A stretch of 64,000 nucleotides of DNA. It comes from Chloroflexota bacterium. Its GTDB lineage: Bacteria; Chloroflexota; Dehalococcoidia; UBA2979. The DNA lies in assembly GCA_027593235.1 (NCBI GenBank), contig JAQCIU010000006.1, forward strand, positions 1-64,000. The letters run 5' to 3'. The position numbers were made by a program, and so were the translations under genes. Positions within the stretch are counted from its first letter, which is position 1; each line of letters opens with the position of its first letter. The notes beneath the pieces were generated by a model, which did not search any database, was not told the DNA's origin, and saw nothing but the letters and a program-made list of their open reading frames with translations. This document shows, piece by piece, positions 1-8,851 of the stretch.

Positions 1-355
1 GGCCGGGCGGCACGCCCTCGAGCTCCCGCAGCAGGCGGGCGCTGCGCTCCGCGTCCGTGAGCAGCGGCCCGCCGTAGCGGGCCGAGGTGACGCCCGGCCG
101 CCCGCCCAGCGCGTCCACCTCGAGGCCGGAGTCGTCCGCGAGCACGGGCAGACCGGAGACCTGCACGACCGCCACCGCCTTGGCGACGGCATTCTCGAGG
201 TAGGAGCGTCCGGTTTCGATCACCTCGGCGTGATCGACGCCCGCCTCGGCGAGGCTGAGTGCGTGCCAGCCCGTCGGTTCAAGCAACGCGCGAATCTCGC
301 GCAGCTTGCCGGCATTACCGGTGGCGACGATGAGGCGGGGTGAGGCTTTGGTCAT
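1..355 (-). CDS. rdgB: Non-canonical purine NTP pyrophosphatase (RdgB/HAM1), 3' end outside window
   Basis: Hand translation from ATG 355: MTKASPRLIVATGNAGKLREI...ETGRSYLENAVAKA...LADDSGLEVDALGGRPGVTSARY. These are the ATxNxGK and ADDSGL HAM1 motifs. Not in the ORF track because it is truncated. Confidence 0.95.
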   Translation of the reverse strand, partial: MTKASPRLIVATGNAGKLREIRALLEPTGWHALSLAEAGVDHAEVIETGRSYLENAVAKAVAVVQVSGLPVLADDSGLEVDALGGRPGVTSARYGGPLLTDAERSARLLRELEGVPPG

Positions 356-361
356 CGGGTC

Positions 362-1141
362 CTACTCGGGTAGGGCGAACGGTTCGAGCAAATAGTCCGG
401 GGAGTCGCCGCCCTGCGCAAGAAGGGTGTCGGCGGTGTTGCCGCACCCGCCCACGCGCCGAACCACCATCCCCGCTTCAACGATGAATCCTGTCACGTTG
501 GACGGTGGGTTCCCCGGGACCACAAAGACAAGGAGCTGGTCTCCGGCTGGTGCGAACTCACCATCCACCACCGAGTCCGGCACCTTCGCCACGGCGAAGA
601 GGGCCACCAATTCAGGGTCGAACGGAACGACGAACGGGCGCTCATGCTGTGGGTATCCGTGACAGTTGCCGGCGAAGAAGAACTCAACGAGCGTTCCCTC
701 CGCGACACCCTCCGGGCAGACCTCCATGTCGCCGAGACCAAGCACCACTTCGTGGCAGACCGCGGACTGCGCCCGGACCAGCGCATCGAGCGCCGCCTGA
801 TCATCGCCGAACAATGCGTCAATCACTCGATCCACCTCGATCACCCCGGTCCGTCGCGCGTTCGTCGCGACGATCCGATCGGGCGCCATCGCCTCAGCCG
901 TGGGGAACGGCGTCGGTGTCCGGAGAATGAACGGTGCACGAGTCGTTGCAGCAGGGGTCGGCGAATCGACTACGACGGGAGTCCCTGTAGTGGCGGTAGG
1001 CGCTGCCGAAGTGGACTCGACAGAGTCGGTCCCATCGGGCGGCGTTCCATCCGACGTACAGGCAGCGATCAGCAGCGCGGCGAGCAGAGCCGACATCACG
1101 GAGCGAAGGCCATGCCTGCGCAGTCGGTGCGTGACCGTCAT
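362..1141 (-). CDS. Hypothetical lipoprotein with Thr/Pro-rich linker and Cys-containing C-terminal domain
   Basis: Hydrophobic stretch ending LIAAC (lipobox-like), then a T/P-rich linker. Co-oriented, ends 6 nt before rdgB. Start uncertain. Confidence 0.65.
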   Translation of the reverse strand: MTVTHRLRRHGLRSVMSALLAALLIAACTSDGTPPDGTDSVESTSAAPTATTGTPVVVDSPTPAATTRAPFILRTPTPFPTAEAMAPDRIVATNARRTGVIEVDRVIDALFGDDQAALDALVRAQSAVCHEVVLGLGDMEVCPEGVAEGTLVEFFFAGNCHGYPQHERPFVVPFDPELVALFAVAKVPDSVVDGEFAPAGDQLLVFVVPGNPPSNVTGFIVEAGMVVRRVGGCGNTADTLLAQGGDSPDYLLEPFALPE

Positions 1142-1226
1142 CGGTCACTCCTCGGCGATTGAGCGATCCCTGGAGCGATGAATGCCCCAGTGAGGAACGA
1201 AAGAAACTGGCGCGGAGTTCCGCGCG

Positions 1227-2264
1227 CTAAGCGTCCGCCCAGCGCGACTCGGTGCGGGCGGTCGCGGCCGGCAGCTCGGCCTGCTCCTCCTCGTCCAGCG
1301 GCAGCCGGTGCGGTTCGAACGGGCCGTGGCGGCGGAGCACGTCGGCGAGGCGGTTCGCTTCCTCCCGCGCGCGATCGAACGAGGGGTCGGCGAACAGGTC
1401 CCGCGCCTCGCCGAGCTTGCCGCCCGACAGCTCGAAGCCGAGCGCGACCGCGCGTGGCGGGCCATCGAAGCGGCCGGGCGCCGCGTCGCGCTTGCTGACC
1501 GGCATCCAGGGTCCGAGGTGAGATCCGCGCGTGAAGCCTTCGACCAGCGCGGGGATCGCGAACGGCTCCAGCGCCTCGCCAACCGTGGGGAGATCGCCGT
1601 CACAGCGCACGATCGCCAGCGGGTGCTGATGACCGGCCATCCCGGCCACCGCGGCGATCCGATCCGTCGAGGCCACCGCCGCTACCGCGCCGGACGACCG
1701 CTGGATCACGCGTTTCACGGCGAAGCGCCCCGGCGACCCGATGTAGGCAAGCAGGTCGTACAGCTCTTCGGGGGTGTTGAAGACGGCCTTGCGGTGTTCG
1801 AGGCTGTCGTGCACCTCGAACGAAGCGCCCTGGCTCAGTGCCGTCGAGAGCACGAGGCCCGGCGTGTTGAAGGGATCGGCGAACGCACGATAGAGCGGCA
1901 GGTTGAACGCGCCGGTGGCGGTGCCGACGCCAGCGAAGGCGATCAGCGATTCCGTTGGCCGTTCTTCCAGCGTCAGCTCGCAGACGCTCACCCCCGCAGC
2001 CTCCAGGTCGCCGGGGAACGGCTGCGGCGGTGGATCGGCCGCTGCGGCGAGCGCGTCCCAGGCAGCGCGGTGCACGGCGGCGTCGCCCTCACCCCGTCCG
2101 TGCGTCAGCAACACCCAGAGCCCGCTACCCAGCGCCCGGACCTGCACGTCGATCACGTCGCCGGCCACCAGCGCGGGCGCGAACCGTTCGAGGACCAGCG
2201 CAGCGGTCTTGCCCATGGCGGGGCTGTCCAGCGTGGCGGAAAGAGCCGTCAGCGTTACGGGCAC
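1227..2264 (-). CDS. Fructose-1,6-bisphosphate aldolase/phosphatase (class V FBPase) homologue, catalytically degenerate
   Basis: Family motifs NLPLYxxFADPFNTxGLV, TPEELYDLL, RGSHxGP, RFDGPP and RHGPFEPHRL are present. KAD, GDD, YGAGQD, DK and GKDDP catalytic motifs are absent. Confidence 0.9.
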   Translation of the reverse strand: MPVTLTALSATLDSPAMGKTAALVLERFAPALVAGDVIDVQVRALGSGLWVLLTHGRGEGDAAVHRAAWDALAAAADPPPQPFPGDLEAAGVSVCELTLEERPTESLIAFAGVGTATGAFNLPLYRAFADPFNTPGLVLSTALSQGASFEVHDSLEHRKAVFNTPEELYDLLAYIGSPGRFAVKRVIQRSSGAVAAVASTDRIAAVAGMAGHQHPLAIVRCDGDLPTVGEALEPFAIPALVEGFTRGSHLGPWMPVSKRDAAPGRFDGPPRAVALGFELSGGKLGEARDLFADPSFDRAREEANRLADVLRRHGPFEPHRLPLDEEEQAELPAATARTESRWADA

Positions 2265-2303
2265 GCGCTCAACCGCCGTCCTCGATCGTGAGCCGGGTGG
2301 CGA

Positions 2304-3263
2304 CTAGCTTGCCAGTGCCTGGTCGATTGCCTCAACGGCGCTGGCGTTGCCGATGAACAGCGGCGTGCGCTGGTGCACGGATTCCGGGACCAGATCCAGC
2401 ACTGGCCCATCGCCGGTGCTGGCCGCTCCGCCCGCCTGCGCGGCGATGTAGGCGAACACCGCGGCCTCGTAGAGCACGCGGATCTTGCCGCGCGGGCTGG
2501 TGGAGTCCGCCGGGTAGAGGAAGACACCGCCGCGTACGAGATCGCGGTGAAAGTCGGAGACCAGCGATCCGACGTAGCGGAGCGACCGGCCCTCGCGAGC
2601 GACGTCCACGGCGCGGCGAACGTCCGGGTCCCAGCGATCCTCGTAGCCCTGGTTCACGCTGTAGTACGGGCAGGCGTCCGGGATCCGCACCGCGGGCCGG
2701 GTGAGCCGGAACTCGCCGCTCGTATCGTCGAGGGTGAACTCCTGCACGAGGCCCGGCGTGGCGATCACCAGCACCGTGCTCGATCCGTAGAGCACGTAAC
2801 CGGCGGTCACCAGCTCGGTGCCGGGGCGCAGGAACGGCGCCTCGCCCGCCAGCGGGACTCCATCGGGTGACGGAAACACGCCGAAAATCGAGCCAATTGT
2901 GATCGCAATATCGGCATTCGAGGTGCCATCGATCGGATCGAGGACGCAGAGGAACGACGGATCACCGTTCGGGATCTCGAAGAACTTCGGCGCGGCCAAT
3001 TCCTCGCAGACGAGCCCGGCGACGGCGTCGCTCGCATCGAACGCCTCGACGAACCGCTCGGTGCCGAGGATGTCCAGCGGGTGCACGACCTCGCCGTGGA
3101 CGTTCCGCGCGCCCTCGGGATCCGGGGCCGGCAGCAGCGCGCCGGCGCGGACGTGGTGCGAGACGTCGCGCGCAGCCTCCACGATCGCGGCGAGCACGCG
3201 CGCGAGTACAGGATCGTCGATGCCCTCGACGGGTGCGGCGATACCAGCGACCGGTTGAACCAT
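2304..3263 (-). CDS. fbp: Class I fructose-1,6-bisphosphatase
   Basis: CEE, DPIDGTSN, AGYVLYGSST, RYVGSLVSDFHR, GKIRVLYEA and HQRTPL motifs. Start placed at ATG 3263 (MVQPV); the ORF track extends to 3380. Confidence 0.92.
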   Translation of the reverse strand: MVQPVAGIAAPVEGIDDPVLARVLAAIVEAARDVSHHVRAGALLPAPDPEGARNVHGEVVHPLDILGTERFVEAFDASDAVAGLVCEELAAPKFFEIPNGDPSFLCVLDPIDGTSNADIAITIGSIFGVFPSPDGVPLAGEAPFLRPGTELVTAGYVLYGSSTVLVIATPGLVQEFTLDDTSGEFRLTRPAVRIPDACPYYSVNQGYEDRWDPDVRRAVDVAREGRSLRYVGSLVSDFHRDLVRGGVFLYPADSTSPRGKIRVLYEAAVFAYIAAQAGGAASTGDGPVLDLVPESVHQRTPLFIGNASAVEAIDQALAS

Positions 3264-3424
3264 GCGCCCGCTCCCGAGGCCCAACGCGGGCCGCCTCACT
3301 GATCGATGCGTTCCCGCGGGATCACAAACTCCCGGAAGCCGGCGTGCTCGACGACTGTCGCGGGGCCCCGAAGATACCATCGGCGCGTTCTGCCCGTCGG
3401 CCCAGCCAGGCGCCGCGACGACCG

Positions 3425-4147
3425 CTACGAGGAGGCGAGTTGCCTCGTCAACGCCGCGATCGCGGCCTCCGCGACCGGGCGCGTTTGCGCCTGGACGTAC
3501 CAGTCAAGCTCCACCGAGCGAGCCATGAACGCCTGGAGCGCGGCGAGCGTCCGGCGCGCCCACTCCTGCGCCTGATCGTCGTCACTCTCGAGGGCCGGTC
3601 GCTCCCCCTGCAGCCGCCGCCGGCCGGCCCGAGCGCCGGCTGCCGCCGTGTGATCGCGCAAGGCGCCACGACCGGCCGCGAACAGCATCCCGCCGAGCGG
3701 GGTCGCGATCGGCGGCACCCCGGCTGCCAACGCCTGGGCGGTCACGGCGAAACCGGGGGATTCGTACTCCACGATCAGGCTGCCGGGGGCCGGCAGGCGC
3801 TCGGCGAGCGCGGTGAGCGTGCGCAGCAGGATGCCCTCGGGCACGTCGACCGTGCGGCCGTCGGCCAGCGGCAGCCGCGCGCGATAGCCGGTCACTTCGA
3901 TCCACGCGTGATCGCCGGCCCGGACCGGGCTGAGCAGCCCGCTGATCATCGGGAGCGCGGTGCGCCCGAGGTCCGGCGTCGCAAGGAAGAGACGGAACCG
4001 ACGCCCACCGACACGCGTACGCGGGCCAATCTCCGCGACCAGCGAGACATCCTCCCCGACCTCGAATCCATCGAGGCCCGCAAGGAGGTGAGCCCCGACG
4101 GGGTCGCACGGCTGCCAGGCAGGGTCGGTCGGTTTGGCGGCGATCAT
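3425..4147 (-). CDS. DUF1122-like protein (divergent)
   Basis: LIVEYES...TAQALAAGVPPIATPLGGMLFAAG...RRLQGE resembles the DUF1122 core as I recall it. Start placed at ATG 4147. Confidence 0.55.
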   Translation of the reverse strand: MIAAKPTDPAWQPCDPVGAHLLAGLDGFEVGEDVSLVAEIGPRTRVGGRRFRLFLATPDLGRTALPMISGLLSPVRAGDHAWIEVTGYRARLPLADGRTVDVPEGILLRTLTALAERLPAPGSLIVEYESPGFAVTAQALAAGVPPIATPLGGMLFAAGRGALRDHTAAAGARAGRRRLQGERPALESDDDQAQEWARRTLAALQAFMARSVELDWYVQAQTRPVAEAAIAALTRQLASS

Positions 4148-4270
4148 CGGGCGTGACACTACCAGAGCAGAGCCCGGCGTCGGCGGCAGCGACCGCCGAC
4201 GCGGCGGAGGCAGCGAACGCGGGCGCGGCGTGCACCTCAGACGATCGATCGCTCCGTACACTGGCGAGCC

Positions 4271-5647
4271 ATGACGATCGCACCGGACGATACCGATCTC
4301 GCCCGCTACGCCGACGCCGTGCGCCGGCTGCTCGCGCACGGCGGCTTCGAGCTGAGCGGGCGCCCAGCCCAGGCAGCGCGCTGGGAGATCTCCCACGTGC
4401 GCGCCCACCTGGACAAACACGGCAGTCCGGATGCCCGGCGGACCGTGCACGTCGCGGGGTCGAAGGCGAAAGGCTCCGTCACGACGATGACAGAAGCGCT
4501 GCTGCGCGCAGCGCTCCCGACCGTCGAGGGCCAATCGCGAACGATGCGCTACACCTCCCCGGATCTGCACAGCGCCCGCGAGCGGATCGCGATCGACGGC
4601 ACGATCATCGATGCCGCTACCTTCGCTCGGGTCGCGGATCTGGCACTGGCCGATCCAGACACCGAGGGCTGGTCGTACTTCGAGCTACTGACGTTGATGG
4701 CCTGGCAGGCGGCCGCTGACGCGCATTGTCGCTGGCAGGTCCTCGAGGTCGGCCTCGGCGGACGCCTCGATACGACGAACGCGATCGCCGAGAAGGCGGT
4801 CGCCGTGATCACACCGATCGACCTCGAACACACGGCGATCCTCGGCGAGACGATCGCGGAGATCGCCGCCGAGAAGGCGGGGATCCTGACCGGCCCCTGC
4901 GACCTGGTGATCGCACCGCAGCGTGCCTCGGCGCTCGATGTGATCCGCGCGAAGGCTGATGCGGTCGGGGCGCGGATCCACGCGATCGCCGAGGAGTGCG
5001 GGCTCCGCGTCACCAAACAGTCGCTCGACGAGCTGCAGTTCGATCTCAAGACACCGCTCTTCACCTACCGGCAGGTCAAGCTGGAGCTGCTCGGGCCGCA
5101 CCAGGCAGAGAACGCGGCGGCGGCGATCCGCGCCGCTGAGTTGGCACTCGCAACCGAGGGCATCGCGCTGACCGAACCGCTGGTGCGCCAGGCGCTGGGC
5201 GCCGTTCGGCTGCCCGGCCGTGGCGAGATCATCGGACGCAAGCCGCTGACGATCGTCGATGGCGCGCACACCCCGCTGGCCGCGAAGCGGCTGCGCGAGG
5301 CGCTCGACGGCGCCGGCGTTCCACGAGGGCGCACGTTCGTCCTCGGAATCCTCGAGGGCAAGGACGTCGAGCCGATCGTGCGCGCGCTGTTGCGGCCGGA
5401 GGATCAGGTGTTCATCGCAGCACCGCAGAGCCCGCGCGCAGCGGATCCTCGGGAGATCGCCGCGCAGGTGCGAGCGATGGGTGCGGCGGCCAGCACGACA
5501 CCGGATGTCGCCACCGCATTGGAACGTGCGACAGTCGCCGCGAGCGAGCGGGGCGCGGTGATCGTGACCGGCAGCCTGCGTACGGTGGCGGAAGCGCGCG
5601 AGGCGCGATTGGCGATCACAGGGGACCGCGCCCTCGGGCTGAGATAG
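4271..5647 (+). CDS. folC: Folylpolyglutamate synthase/dihydrofolate synthase
   Basis: HVAGSKAKGS P-loop, YTSPDL..RERI, EVGLGGRLDTTN, IDLEHT..LG, EKAGI, PGR, DGAH, TGSL. Confidence 0.95.
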   Translation: MTIAPDDTDLARYADAVRRLLAHGGFELSGRPAQAARWEISHVRAHLDKHGSPDARRTVHVAGSKAKGSVTTMTEALLRAALPTVEGQSRTMRYTSPDLHSARERIAIDGTIIDAATFARVADLALADPDTEGWSYFELLTLMAWQAAADAHCRWQVLEVGLGGRLDTTNAIAEKAVAVITPIDLEHTAILGETIAEIAAEKAGILTGPCDLVIAPQRASALDVIRAKADAVGARIHAIAEECGLRVTKQSLDELQFDLKTPLFTYRQVKLELLGPHQAENAAAAIRAAELALATEGIALTEPLVRQALGAVRLPGRGEIIGRKPLTIVDGAHTPLAAKRLREALDGAGVPRGRTFVLGILEGKDVEPIVRALLRPEDQVFIAAPQSPRAADPREIAAQVRAMGAAASTTPDVATALERATVAASERGAVIVTGSLRTVAEAREARLAITGDRALGLR

Positions 5648-5682
5648 GATCCCCGCTCAACGCTGGCGAGGATGGAGTGCCG

Positions 5683-6939
5683 ATGACGTCGCATGGACGT
5701 CGCCGAGTCGTGATTACCGGCCTCGGCGCCCTGACCCCGCTGGGTAAGACAGTCGACGAGTTCTGGGCGGCCGCCGTGTCTGGCGCCTCTGGCGTCCGCC
5801 CGTTCCAAGATCTCGATCCCAGTAACTACCCGTGCCACGTGGTGGGCGAGGTCCAGGACTTCGAACCCGAGGACTACATGGATCGCCGGGCCGCACGACG
5901 GATGGCGCGCTTCTCGCAATTCGCCGTGGCAGTGGCGAGGCAGGCGGTCGACGCAGCGGGCCTCGATCTGGACGCCATCGATCGAACGCGCGCGGGGATC
6001 GTGCTCGGCAACGGCGGCGGCGGCTACCCGAACGTCGAACAGGCCGTGCAGACCATGGACACGCGTGGCGGCATGAAGATCGATCCGCTCTACGTCGCGA
6101 AGTGGCTACCGAACATGGCCGCGGCGAATGTGACGATCCAGCTCGGACTCCGCGGCTACACGAACACCGTGGTCACCGCCTGCGCCTCCGGCACCCAGGC
6201 GATCGGCGAAGCGACCGAGGTGATCCGTCGTGGCAGCGCGGACGTAATGCTGGCCGGCGGCACCGAGGCCGGCATCTGCGAACTCGGCCTCGCCGGGTTC
6301 GCGGCGATGCGCGCGCTGACCACGTCGTTCAACGGCGAGCCGGAGCGCGCATCGCGCCCGTTCGACCGTGACCGCGACGGCTTCGTACCGGCCGAGGGCG
6401 CGGGGATGGTCACCCTGGAGAGCCTCGAACACGCCCAGGCGCGGGGCGCGACCCCGCTCGCCGAGGTGATCGGCTACGGCGTCAGCGCGGACGCCACCTA
6501 CCTGGTGGCGCCCTCGGACGGCGGCGAAGGCGCGGCCCACGCGATGCGCCTGGCGATCGAGGACGCGGCGATCGCCCCGGAGGAGATCGACTACATCTCA
6601 GCGCACGCCACCGCGACCGCGGTCGGCGACGTCGCCGAGACGAAGGCGATCAAGACGGTGTTCGGCGAGCACGCGTATCGCACGCCGGTCACCTCGTTGA
6701 AGTCGCAAATCGGGCACCTGCTCGGCGGCTCTGGCGGGGTGGAGGCCGTGGCCACGGTGCAGACGCTGCTCACCGGCCGGATCGCGCCCACAATCAACCT
6801 GGAGCATCCCGCGGACGAATGTGACCTGGACTATGTGCCGCTCACGTCACGAAGCGTGGACGCGCGGATCGCGATGAAGAACTCGTTCGGCTTCGGCGGG
6901 CAGAACGCCGTGCTGATCCTGCGCCGCTTTCAGGACTAG
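5683..6939 (+). CDS. fabF: Beta-ketoacyl-ACP synthase II
   Basis: RRVVITGLG, TACASG (catalytic Cys), SRPFDRDRDGF, HATAT, KSQIGHLLG, NSFGFGGQN. GGAG precedes ATG 5683. Confidence 0.96.
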   Translation: MTSHGRRRVVITGLGALTPLGKTVDEFWAAAVSGASGVRPFQDLDPSNYPCHVVGEVQDFEPEDYMDRRAARRMARFSQFAVAVARQAVDAAGLDLDAIDRTRAGIVLGNGGGGYPNVEQAVQTMDTRGGMKIDPLYVAKWLPNMAAANVTIQLGLRGYTNTVVTACASGTQAIGEATEVIRRGSADVMLAGGTEAGICELGLAGFAAMRALTTSFNGEPERASRPFDRDRDGFVPAEGAGMVTLESLEHAQARGATPLAEVIGYGVSADATYLVAPSDGGEGAAHAMRLAIEDAAIAPEEIDYISAHATATAVGDVAETKAIKTVFGEHAYRTPVTSLKSQIGHLLGGSGGVEAVATVQTLLTGRIAPTINLEHPADECDLDYVPLTSRSVDARIAMKNSFGFGGQNAVLILRRFQD

Positions 6940-7032
6940 ACCACTCGAGGCTGCGCGGCGACGGACCGCGCAGCCTCGCCCTCTCGGCAACACCCCACCG
7001 AAGCTGGATACCGCCGAACCTTCGGATTGTCG

Positions 7033-7278
7033 CTACGAGACCGGTGTCGCCGTCTTGACCATCCCCTCCAACAGCACCTCAAGCGCCATCGTGTGCGCGC
7101 AGGTCTCTTCGTGTCGGAAGAAGTCACAGCCGCAGTGCCAGACGCCGTCCTGGAGGGTGACCGTGTGTTCGTCGTTGTTGCCGCGGATCGTGACGCGGAG
7201 GTCGTGGAACTGGAATCGATCGCGCTCGGCGGCGTAGCGGTGCGCTTTGTCGATCTTGCCGATCATGCCTGAGTACAT
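7033..7278 (-). CDS. Small SWIM-type zinc-finger protein (81 aa)
   Basis: MYSGMIGKIDKAHRYA...CGCDFF...CAH fits the CxC-xn-CxH SWIM pattern. AGGAGG lies just upstream of ATG 7278. Confidence 0.8.
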   Translation of the reverse strand: MYSGMIGKIDKAHRYAAERDRFQFHDLRVTIRGNNDEHTVTLQDGVWHCGCDFFRHEETCAHTMALEVLLEGMVKTATPVS

Positions 7279-7337
7279 GAGGCCTCCTGCTCGTGCCCTA
7301 CCGGCCACATCGCCTGCCTGGAGTTGGCCCCAGAACG

Positions 7338-7367
7338 AAAAAGGCGCCGTGGCTTTGCCACGACGCC
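7338..7367 (-). terminator. Intrinsic terminator between thpR and the SWIM gene (possible attenuator)
   Basis: Minus strand GGCGTCGTGGC-AAA-GCCACGGCGCC-TTTTT: 11-bp stem with one G.U pair, followed by U5. Confidence 0.8.
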
Positions 7368-7430
7368 GCTCTGAAATTGCTCCATGCGATGCAGTCCATA
7401 TCGGACAGTAGATCGCCCCGCTGAGCGCCG

Positions 7431-8030
7431 TCAACTAATTGCTGACCGGGCTAACAATTTGTGATGCGGTGCACGATTTCCGAGGTCTGATTGGTACAGC
7501 GATACGCTTCGCGCGGTGAACGTCAGCGGCGCTGCAGCCGGCAACGTCGCCACCACCGCGGCCAGCGCGCGCGCCCGATCCGCGGTGGCCCGGCGCCGCA
7601 CGCGCGCGAGCGTGAGGTGGGGCCGCCACGGCCGATCCGCGGGCGTGAGACCCGCCGCACCAATCGCCCGATCGAGGTGACCGAGAAGCGTCGCGCTGTC
7701 CTCGTCGCTCATCCCAACGCCGAGCCAGACCACCGTTGGCCGCGCGGACGGGCCGAACGTCCCTGCCGCTCCCAGGAGCAACTCCAGTGCGAGCGGCGGC
7801 ATCGCTTCGATGGCGCGCACGAGGTCCGCGGCCTGCTCCGCGGGCACCTCGCCCAGAAATCGCACGGTGACGTGCAGTTGATCGCGACGCACCGGACGCA
7901 GCTCTGCCGCGAACCCCTCGGCGAGCCGCTCCTGTGCGTCATCGGCCGCCGCACGCCAGTCCTCTGGGACATCGATCGCGGTGAAGAGTCGCAACGAGGC
8001 ACCCTCGAAACGCCGCGCGTTGGCGGCCAT
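7431..8030 (-). CDS. thpR: RNA 2',3'-cyclic phosphodiesterase (2H family)
   Basis: RLFTAI N-terminus, two HxT motifs (LHVTVRFLG, PHLTLAR), and LYQSDL. Confidence 0.92.
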   Translation of the reverse strand: MAANARRFEGASLRLFTAIDVPEDWRAAADDAQERLAEGFAAELRPVRRDQLHVTVRFLGEVPAEQAADLVRAIEAMPPLALELLLGAAGTFGPSARPTVVWLGVGMSDEDSATLLGHLDRAIGAAGLTPADRPWRPHLTLARVRRRATADRARALAAVVATLPAAAPLTFTARSVSLYQSDLGNRAPHHKLLARSAIS

Positions 8031-8176
8031 CCGGCAGCGGTAGGCGTTCCCTGTGGACAGCGGTGCCCGACTGCCTCATGGTATTCACAGGCGTCATTAT
8101 GGCGCGCACCCGTGGCGGGGTGCCGGACGGCTCAAGTACGACCGACGATTCGGCGTGCGACGAGTCGGGGAGCCGT

Positions 8177-8851
8177 ATGTCTTCGCTGCGCCAACCAGGA
8201 CCTGATGATCAGTCGACCGGGCACGCCCGCCATGCACGTTTGCGCGCCCTGGACGCCACGCCCAACCGTCGCCGCCGTGGCGGCCGCCGCCTCGAGGGCT
8301 ATCGCGGTGCGTTGCTGCTCGCGCTGATCGCCACGGCGCTGATCGCGGTCGTCTGGTTGGCGCCCGTGGAAACACTGGACGCCTCGGGCGACGCCGTCGC
8401 CTGGCTGGAAGCGCACCAGACGCCGACCGCCCAGGCGATCGCCTCCGTCGCGCTCGGCGCGCTGGCGCTGCTCGGCCTCGTGATCGCCTGGGGGCGCCGC
8501 ACGGCGCTCGGCCGGCCGGTGCACCTGCCGGCGGGCGGGCAGATCACGGTGGCGGAGATCGCCCGACGGTTGGAAGCGCTGATCGAAGAGCGCGAGGGCG
8601 TCCACCGGGCCGAGGTTCACGTCGACAACCTGCACCGCCGGGGCGTGCGCGTGACGTCCCGCATCCACGTCGACCCACAGGCAAACCTCAGCGGGGCAAT
8701 CGAAGCCGTGTCGGAAGCCGCCGAACTGCTGCTTCACGGCCATCTACTCGTCCGCTTATCATCACCCCCGTCTGTTGAGCTCCGCTTCGATGAGCTCGAC
8801 CTCCGGTCAGGACGGGTTGATGACCAACGAACGAGCGCGCCGCATCGTTGA
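8177..8851 (+). CDS. Hypothetical two-TM membrane protein, AmaP/Asp23-like architecture
   Basis: Two hydrophobic helices then a small alpha/beta domain. GGGGAG precedes ATG 8177. Overlaps the scpB start. Confidence 0.55.
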   Translation: MSSLRQPGPDDQSTGHARHARLRALDATPNRRRRGGRRLEGYRGALLLALIATALIAVVWLAPVETLDASGDAVAWLEAHQTPTAQAIASVALGALALLGLVIAWGRRTALGRPVHLPAGGQITVAEIARRLEALIEEREGVHRAEVHVDNLHRRGVRVTSRIHVDPQANLSGAIEAVSEAAELLLHGHLLVRLSSPPSVELRFDELDLRSGRVDDQRTSAPHR

